From the NCBI GenBank assembly GCA_000002445.1, contig CP000069.1, forward strand, positions 448,001 through 512,000: 64,000 nt of DNA, read 5' to 3'. Position numbers and translations under genes: made by a program. Each line of letters opens with the position of its first letter. Positions within the stretch are counted from its first letter, which is position 1. Source of the DNA: Trypanosoma brucei. Taxonomy: Eukaryota. The notes under the pieces are model-generated. The model did no database searches, had not been told where the DNA came from, and saw nothing but the letters and a program-made list of their open reading frames with translations. Shown here in pieces: positions 57,874-64,000 of this stretch.

Positions 57874-58692
57874 CTATTCCTCTCCTGCACAACTCACATG
57901 TTCACTTGACGCACTGTCATCCGCTGCAGCAGGTACCTGTTGTCTTCCAGGTGGTTTCTCTCCAGTCAATGCACCACAGAAGCTTACAGTTACTGGCAAA
58001 ACGGGTCTGCCCACATCATCAAGAGGAACTGCCTCAAGTTTCTCTAGCAGTGAGAGATCATCAATAGCACGTCCAAACACAACTTGCTTGAAATCAAGAG
58101 ATGGAGAAGGACCAAGTGTAATGCCAAATACGGAGCCACTTGTGTGAGGACCCTCAGAGATCATTGTGAGAAGCCCACGTTCCGTGTGTCGGTGACGGTA
58201 TCCTTCATCCGCTATTGGTGTGCCAGTGGAGGAGAGGTTAAAGGAATCCAATTCACCCAACACAATGATATTATTGTTGTGATCCACATGATGCACTTGT
58301 GTGCCAAGGTAATCCAATTTCACACCCGTGTTGGTGTCAATCCCACATGACCCAGTGATTAATGCCCTGAAGTTTTCTACGGTTCGCGGCACTACATCGT
58401 CAAAGAGTTCAAATACCAGTCGTCCGCTGAGAACGTCATCAATGGACATATCCAGGAAGGCACGGCAGGAGTTCTGTTCCTCCTTCATGCGATGACTCCG
58501 CTGGTAATTTTCCCATTCTTTTAAACGGCGCTCCTCCACATCGTCGTAACGACTCTGAAGTGTCGCAGAGTCTTCATCATTTTCTGGTCGTTGTAACCTC
58601 GAATCTCCCTTTTTCCTGCGGGAGTGCCGTACACCTTCTAGTTTTGTCGTTGACATCAAAACAATCACTAGGCCTATTCCGCGCTGAAGCAA
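57874..58692 (-). CDS. Array unit 5 (first in transcription order): cyclophilin-like protein with a unique 68-aa N-terminal extension (272-aa ORF)
   Basis: Same core as the other copies with two substitutions (Q to R in VVPRTVENF; QQVPAAADD). The upstream part lies outside the repeat and so carries unique sequence. The true start may still be the internal Met at 58488. Confidence 0.75.
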   Translation of the reverse strand: MLQRGIGLVIVLMSTTKLEGVRHSRRKKGDSRLQRPENDEDSATLQSRYDDVEERRLKEWENYQRSHRMKEEQNSCRAFLDMSIDDVLSGRLVFELFDDVVPRTVENFRALITGSCGIDTNTGVKLDYLGTQVHHVDHNNNIIVLGELDSFNLSSTGTPIADEGYRHRHTERGLLTMISEGPHTSGSVFGITLGPSPSLDFKQVVFGRAIDDLSLLEKLEAVPLDDVGRPVLPVTVSFCGALTGEKPPGRQQVPAAADDSASSEHVSCAGEE

Positions 58693-58898
58693 GATGTCGA
58701 ATAAGTGAATGCTATCTCAATCCTCTGAAGTTTTAAAATGAAAGCCGAAGAAAGAGGAGAAATAAAGGATGGAAGAGTGAGGGATGCTGGGCGTATTGGT
58801 AGTGTAACCATAAACACTATAGGTGATGTGAAAACAATGATTCCCTGAAGCCTCTTGGGTGGGGGTAAGGGAAGATAAAGGAGGAGAAAGAAGATCAG

Positions 58899-59588
58899 TC
58901 ATCCCTTGCCGATGGACTGCAGCCACGCGGAGTATGCCTCATTCACGTGTTGCTTACCTCCATAGGATTCCTTGAATTGCCGATCAAACTCCAGGAACTT
59001 CCGCCGAGTGATTTGCCCATATTGAGGTAAACCTTTTGTATGTTTGTTAAGATCCTCGCGCTGGATGTATTTCGCCGCTTCCTCTGAAAATCTGTCATTC
59101 ATCCAGTTGTCCTCCATATGCCGCTTCCGCAGATGAGCATAAGGATCGCCCCTAAGTGAAGGGGGAATGAGTGCTTCCTCAAGTAACTTCACCACCTCGT
59201 ATGAAATGTATTTCGCCACACACGTGTCTGTTGGTTTATAGCGTCGGTACCACGGCGTACGCTGGAATTCCTCGACAGTAGTCCACGTGTTTAGCGATGA
59301 GCGGCAGCCTTGTGTTTTCCTCTCAAAGATTTCACTCATCTCCCGCTGCACCTCCGCCTCACACCATCCTTCTTTTTTGAGGATGTCCATAACGACGTCT
59401 TCCATACGGTCTGTTAGTTTATAGCGACAAGACCATTCCTCCTCCCGCGCAACGGGACGTGGGTTTCCTGTAAGCACGGGGATATCGCGCATTTTGTGAC
59501 TAAATCCTAGCTCCTTTCCGAACCGTGTGGTGCTGTCGAATGATCTACCGAACTTCACTAACACGGCAGCGGATCTCACGCATCGCAT
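58899..59588 (-). CDS. Hypothetical protein (229 aa) with a basic N-terminal presequence (possible mitochondrial protein)
   Basis: MRCVRSAAVLVKFGRSFDSTTRFGK.. N-terminus. Trp/Tyr-rich conserved-looking body. Co-oriented. Confidence 0.55.
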   Translation of the reverse strand: MRCVRSAAVLVKFGRSFDSTTRFGKELGFSHKMRDIPVLTGNPRPVAREEEWSCRYKLTDRMEDVVMDILKKEGWCEAEVQREMSEIFERKTQGCRSSLNTWTTVEEFQRTPWYRRYKPTDTCVAKYISYEVVKLLEEALIPPSLRGDPYAHLRKRHMEDNWMNDRFSEEAAKYIQREDLNKHTKGLPQYGQITRRKFLEFDRQFKESYGGKQHVNEAYSAWLQSIGKG

Positions 59589-60168
59589 CTTCCCCCCTTA
59601 GTTTGGGAACGTTTGTCACGATAAATGTTTCCCTCGCCACTTGCTTTGTGTATATTTGGTGGCACCGTTGCCTCTGTCCTCAATCAGTTCGCTATTTCAC
59701 TCCCTTGGTCCCACAACTGTACCTCAAATACTGCTGCTGTGTATGTATTCCCCTTTTCTTCTTGTGCTACTGCCCCCCTGCACGTGTATGCGCACCTTTG
59801 TTCGGTATGGTCAATGGCAAGAGAAGAGAATGGTATCCCAAACAAAAACAAATGTATGTGCGAATACATATGCGTCCATACACTCGTGTAAGGTGCGCAG
59901 CGTGGCGTAGGCTCAAAGAAACCCCTCCGTTCACATGTGTGGGCGCACAAATGCCCCTGCATGGAAAAGTTGAGAGTTCACAACCGGTCACAACTGATCG
60001 TCTTCACCTTCTTCATTCCCTCCTTTCTCCACTCCAATGGAGCAGCTACGCAACAGCAACAATATGAGCGGGGAAAACATCCTTCCGCTTGTCAATACCT
60101 CCACACCCAATCCACAAACACTAACTAGCACCCGAGGTCACTTGATGTTTTCAACAGTTGTGTCACTT

Positions 60169-60915
60169 TTACAAACCAGTAACAGCAAACTGTTTTGCCC
60201 ACAAAAAAGTGCAGCCGGCGAGCGACACCAAATTCGTAAAAATCACGAGTGCAACGCCCGGGGCAGCCCTCGTTCGCCCCTGCAAGCCGCTGAAGCTCTT
60301 ATGGCACACAACAAGTGCGCTAGTGGCAGAAGTAACGCACAATATCCAACCAAGTAAGACGACTCCCTTTGCACTGTTAACGTTGTTCCTGATATCCGTA
60401 GGAGAGGCACGAGTAAGCAACACGAAACCCACCACGGAGATGAGAGCGGGAAGCAATAACACCAACGATACGCGGTATTGTGCATTTGGTTCCCCCCGAG
60501 CGACAATGATTAGGTCGAGCAGCAACATAAGCGCTGAACCGAACATGAAACCAGCTACCCCGAAGGGTGTCAGCAACGAGCGCGGTGTTAGTTTGCTCAT
60601 TGTTCCACCCGCAGTTACGGTGTATCCTTCGGTGACCTTGAATATTTTAGGCATGAATAGCAAGCAACAAACAAGGTGGGGGGAGAGAAGAAAGAGCAAA
60701 GGAAAAGAAAAGAAGAGCGTGACCTGGAAGTGCACAACGGAGAGGAGCAAATACTTCATGGGGTGTATCAGGGTCGCATGCTCCACGCGGAAGTGGGACA
60801 ACCCAATAGGCCGCTGACTTCCACACTGGTTCAGTTGCTGCACTGCCGACTCCGGTTTGAGGGTTGCAGCGTGAAGCAAGGCGTTTCTCTCCCTCTCTTT
60901 CCTCCTTCTCAACAT
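60169..60915 (-). CDS. Hypothetical multi-pass membrane protein; true start probably an internal Met
   Basis: Several hydrophobic segments (FGVAGFMFGSALMLLLDLIIV ; VSLVLLLPALISVVGFVLL ; VVLLGWILCVTSATSALVV). The N-terminal ~90 residues look like translated UTR. A plus-strand ORF (60158..60817) overlaps it, but the minus frame fits the run orientation and is hydrophobic. Confidence 0.4.
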   Translation of the reverse strand: MLRRRKERERNALLHAATLKPESAVQQLNQCGSQRPIGLSHFRVEHATLIHPMKYLLLSVVHFQVTLFFSFPLLFLLSPHLVCCLLFMPKIFKVTEGYTVTAGGTMSKLTPRSLLTPFGVAGFMFGSALMLLLDLIIVARGEPNAQYRVSLVLLLPALISVVGFVLLTRASPTDIRNNVNSAKGVVLLGWILCVTSATSALVVCHKSFSGLQGRTRAAPGVALVIFTNLVSLAGCTFLWAKQFAVTGL

Positions 60916-61158
60916 CCAAAAGGGGGGGGGGAATGTACGTTTCCTTTCTCCCCTTTATTTCTCCTTCGGGTGCTAGTTGCCTTCCTTCCCTTTTTGTCCC
61001 AATTACGGAGTTCAGTATCTCGGGCAGCAACAATGCAAACTGCAGACACATTAACTAATCACTTACACGCTAGATGAAAGCGACCTTAGACAACAATTAA
61101 GTCGGTTTAACTGCTTTGCCTTCCCCCTTACCTCTCGGCACCCACAACTTTGGAGGTC

Positions 61159-63486
61159 TCACGACAATCTCTCGAGGATGTCCTGAAGTTGTGCCGACAC
61201 GATTTCGTCAATTCCATCGCTTTCGCCACCTACCGGAAATGAAAGCACTGGGTCCTGTTGCAACTCTTCCAGATGATGCTGACCCTCCGAAATCTTGGTT
61301 TCATACGATCTTATTTTCTTCAACAGCGTGGCCTTCCGTTCAGCAATGACATTGAGTTCGTTAGCGAGTTTCTCACCGGCTTTCTTGAGCTCCTTAATGT
61401 CGTGGGTGAGTTCCTTCTTTTCGCGAGCAAGATTGGTGATGGTGCGCTTCATTTCTTCAATGCCCCTTGCCATCTCCGCATTTTGCTCTTGGGCTTGTTT
61501 GATAATCTCTTGTTCCCTCTGGCGTTCTAACTGCTCCCGGCGCTCGCGTTCGGCCAATTCCCTTACGATGCGTTGCTTTTCGCTCTTAAAGCGCTCCAAA
61601 ATATCGTGAAAGCCCTTAGTTGCCCGCTGTACCGTATCCTTTCGTGTCTTCTCCTCGTCTTTCAGCGTCTTCGATATCTCCTGCTTAACTCTTTTTTTCA
61701 ATTGCGCAATCTTTTCATCCTCGATGAGTTGGCGCACCGCCCTTTCGTCTACTTTTGGTCCGGCGGGTTTATCTTTGTTGGATACATTCTTCGAAGAAAC
61801 GGTCGTCTTGGGAGCCTCTACGATAACAATGCCAACCTCAATGGTGATGCTGTCATTTTCCTTGTGCCAGAAGCCTTTGCGCGGGTTCAGCAACTCATCG
61901 AATCGGGCAACGTTGTTGAATCCCCAATCATTTTCCTGCGACCTCGCGAAGAAACGCTGTGTGCCCTCGTTGCAGATAGAATCGTCCTTACTTAGGTGGT
62001 TGATAACCGATATTAGAAACTTGCAGTACACTGTCTCCGTTTGGCAGAGGTAGAGTGCTAAATTACTCTTGTTTGCCATACAAAGAAGGCTCCACTTCAT
62101 CTGACCGAACTCAAACTCGGGTGAGTAACGACGCTCACTGTCTTTGGGTAAGAGGGATATATTTTCCACCTGAAAGGTGATAAACCCCATGTCACCCTTA
62201 CACCGCATCAGGGAAGGCGGAACCGTGAAGGCGAGTGTCTTTTGCCTCTTGGAGCGGGATTTCCTAGCACGAACGCGCTCCCGTGGGAAAGCAGCGAAGA
62301 CGATGGCCTCGCAGAATTTCTCCGTGGAATTCGTGTCTGGGACCGAGACTCCCAACTCGGAGGTGATTCTTTTCAGTGGTTTGAGTCGGAGATTGGTTAA
62401 GACTGCAAGAAAACCCATTGCTACCATGCGCTCCCACATTTCTTCCACCTGCGGGCTTTCTTCCCACAGACCCAACATGTGGCTCAGCGCATGCTTCAAC
62501 TGCTCTGGAAGGGACTGAAGAAAATCAATGCTTGCTGCGGTCTGAAGGGGTCCCGTCTGCACGCGGTTGGTCATATCCTCAATGAACTTGTGCTTGTCTA
62601 TGAGAGCGCAAGCCTTTTCGCACCCAAGCCGAACGGCCGTTTTGACTATTTGAACAATGTACTCACGGTTAGAAGAGGATGGTTTCACCTTAACCTTCGC
62701 GCTCTCGCTCATCTTTTTTAGCGAGTCGTTGGAAAGTGGCTCCATAAAGCTTGTTAGGTGCGACACTGCCTCTCCACTTCCCGATGAGCAAAGAGAGGTA
62801 ACATCCACGTTTGCGGCTTCCTCATCACCTGCTTCATCTTCCCCAGACGACGATTCGGCAGGTGGAGGCACGGTACGCTGCTCCAGTGACCTACGACTCG
62901 GAAAGGTGTACGTGGTGGCCCTAACGGTGAGACGCGGAGGGGCGAATGGGCCGACGGTATTGAGAACGGTTCCCTTATCATCCACAACCTTCTTTTGTTC
63001 GATCAACATCGTTTCGTCATCCTCACGTTTCTTGCGGAGTTCTTCCTTCTTCCTTAAGCTTTGTTCTTGTTCCCTTAACATAGGCTTTGAACCGCCGTCA
63101 AAGTCGTCATCACCCCCGCGTTCTTCGTCCGAGTCAAAAATGCTATCCGTCTTGAAGTACTCTTCCTCGTCTCTAGTAACTGGGTACTCACGTGGAGCCA
63201 CATTGTCAAAATAAGTGTATGGCGCAGCACGGTGAGCTGCCGACATGAGCGAGTCCACCAGGGGTTTCAGCATGCCCCAAATAACATTCTTATACTCTTC
63301 CGAATCATTGTTTTCCTGTGCACGGATCAGCTCCTTTTCCAGAGCTAGCGTCATATCCAGCCCCGTCGACCCTCTGATTGGGGACTCGTGCGCGAGCCGG
63401 TGGAGGATACTCCTATAAAAGTCCTGGTCCTCAGGTGCTAACAGCGGTTGCGAATACTGGGGATCCATGGCCTTCTTAACCTTCAA
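61159..63486 (-). CDS. MATH (TRAF-like) domain protein with long acidic and coiled-coil regions (775 aa)
   Basis: Central segment FTVPPSLMRCKGDMGFITFQVENISLL...SPEFEFGQMKWSLLCMANKSNLALYLCQ...DWGFNNVARFDELLNPRKGFWHKENDSITIEVGIVIV matches the MATH domain consensus. C-terminal KELxxxL heptads. Confidence 0.75.
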   Translation of the reverse strand: MKVKKAMDPQYSQPLLAPEDQDFYRSILHRLAHESPIRGSTGLDMTLALEKELIRAQENNDSEEYKNVIWGMLKPLVDSLMSAAHRAAPYTYFDNVAPREYPVTRDEEEYFKTDSIFDSDEERGGDDDFDGGSKPMLREQEQSLRKKEELRKKREDDETMLIEQKKVVDDKGTVLNTVGPFAPPRLTVRATTYTFPSRRSLEQRTVPPPAESSSGEDEAGDEEAANVDVTSLCSSGSGEAVSHLTSFMEPLSNDSLKKMSESAKVKVKPSSSNREYIVQIVKTAVRLGCEKACALIDKHKFIEDMTNRVQTGPLQTAASIDFLQSLPEQLKHALSHMLGLWEESPQVEEMWERMVAMGFLAVLTNLRLKPLKRITSELGVSVPDTNSTEKFCEAIVFAAFPRERVRARKSRSKRQKTLAFTVPPSLMRCKGDMGFITFQVENISLLPKDSERRYSPEFEFGQMKWSLLCMANKSNLALYLCQTETVYCKFLISVINHLSKDDSICNEGTQRFFARSQENDWGFNNVARFDELLNPRKGFWHKENDSITIEVGIVIVEAPKTTVSSKNVSNKDKPAGPKVDERAVRQLIEDEKIAQLKKRVKQEISKTLKDEEKTRKDTVQRATKGFHDILERFKSEKQRIVRELAERERREQLERQREQEIIKQAQEQNAEMARGIEEMKRTITNLAREKKELTHDIKELKKAGEKLANELNVIAERKATLLKKIRSYETKISEGQHHLEELQQDPVLSFPVGGESDGIDEIVSAQLQDILERLS

Positions 63487-63791
63487 CGCTTCTTTAACTT
63501 ACTTTTCAGCCAACTTTTTCCTACTGTATGATCCGTCAACGCGATCGAATACAAGTGTCGGCACAGGCACACGTGTTTTCATATATGCGGGTACCGGTGC
63601 ACAATGAAGGGAAGTCACAAAGTAATTGAAGAAAGCGCAAGAGTGAGGGGGAAACCATACATGTCGTAAATATTGTGGGAAAGAACGAGACTCAAAGGGG
63701 TTACTTAATAAAAGGGTCGATATTATGACGTATGACTGTGCATTTACACACACATACAAGAGGCAAACAACGAGAGACACTTCAGTATTCG

Positions 63792-64000
63792 TCAAGACGT
63801 CGACGCTGTTGTCGCCTCGAGCTGTGAGCCAGCCTTATGTTCCTCTTCACCAGCAAGGGCTTTACTGCTCGAGGAGTCGGTAAGGACCTCGTCGGCCCGC
63901 TGCTGAACGTCGCGCGTTTCATACCACCACATGAAGTTGACCTTCCCGTTCAGGTCAGTATACGGCAAATAGTCTATTTCCCGCTGTTGGAATCGGCGCA
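63792..64000 (-). CDS. 3' end of a gene whose N-terminal part lies beyond the window end; acidic C-terminus (...GEEEHKAGSQLEATTASTS*)
   Basis: Manual translation of the minus strand gives an uninterrupted frame from the window edge to TGA (plus 63792-63794). No family recognised. Confidence 0.35.
   Translation of the reverse strand, partial: RRFQQREIDYLPYTDLNGKVNFMWWYETRDVQQRADEVLTDSSSSKALAGEEEHKAGSQLEATTASTS

Larger units (their letters stand above)
39113..58530 (-). repeat. Tandem array of five ~3.85-3.93 kb units (surface-protein gene plus cyclophilin-like gene plus two spacers), head-to-tail on the minus strand
   Basis: Surface-gene starts at 40708, 44607, 48504, 52360 and 56246 give periods of 3899, 3897, 3856 and 3886 nt. 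Spacers and cyclophilin-like genes are near-identical between units. The right boundary lies inside the 5' part of the fifth cyclophilin-like ORF, where sequence diverges from the repeat consensus around 58520-58540. Confidence 0.9.

Noticed and set aside
40201-58350. Plus-strand ORFs recurring in every array unit (e.g. 41450..41707, 42326..42586, 42579..42845, 43810..44196)
   Set aside because: They recur only because they are antisense to the repeated minus-strand genes or lie in the repeated spacers. The sequences are low complexity or run opposite to the gene-run direction.
39113-58530. Regularly spaced repeats that could superficially suggest a CRISPR array or prokaryotic repeat system
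   Set aside because: The period is about 3.9 kb and each unit contains two full-length protein-coding genes. There are no short direct repeats of about 30 nt separated by unique spacers. The sequence is eukaryotic and kinetoplastid-like.
1-64000. Bacterial-style features (sigma-70 promoters, rho-independent terminators, operons, mobile-element inverted repeats)
   Set aside because: The sequence is eukaryotic and kinetoplastid-like. Gene-proximal promoters and terminators are not expected. No transposase or integrase ORFs or terminal inverted repeats were seen.

Overview
This window reads as nuclear DNA from a kinetoplastid, most likely a Trypanosoma-type genome. Intronless genes sit in long same-strand runs (polycistronic units). 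Pyrimidine- and purine-rich tracts and (TA)n, (CAA)n and (AAT)n microsatellites fill the intergenic regions. Many six-frame ORFs begin with F/L/S-rich 'translated UTR' peptides ahead of an internal Met that is the plausible true start.

Layout:
- Positions 1-27.6 kb are one minus-strand gene run. It carries housekeeping genes, in window order (transcription runs the opposite way): a leucine-rich-repeat protein, an Aph-1-like membrane protein, a large coiled-coil protein, a RING protein, a PPP-type phosphatase-like protein with degenerate metal-binding motifs, mS29/DAP3-like, proteasome beta-1, PITH-domain, eIF2B-alpha-like and a 900-aa HEAT-repeat protein.
- About 27.7-36.3 kb is an ORF-poor divergent strand-switch region. 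Its right end is GT-rich.
- One plus-strand gene at 36320-37252 encodes a protein with a signal peptide and a C-terminal hydrophobic segment.
- A short convergent strand-switch region follows.
- A second minus-strand run covers about 38.5-64 kb.

The main feature of the second run is a ~19.4 kb head-to-tail tandem array at about 39.1-58.5 kb. It has five units of ~3.9 kb. Each unit carries (a) a 341-351 aa predicted secreted, probably GPI-anchored protein with a Cys-containing N-terminal domain, a variable poly-proline hinge and an invariant C-terminal tail, and (b) a divergent cyclophilin-like gene in which several canonical PPIase catalytic residues appear replaced. The surface-protein copies are mosaics with conserved ends and a patchwork middle. 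The cyclophilin-like copies are kept more than 98% identical.

Downstream of the array in plus coordinates are a 229-aa protein, a membrane protein, a MATH plus coiled-coil protein and a partial gene at the window edge. I could not identify any tRNA, rRNA, CRISPR or clear transposon. All functional assignments come from motif recognition by eye and need database confirmation.
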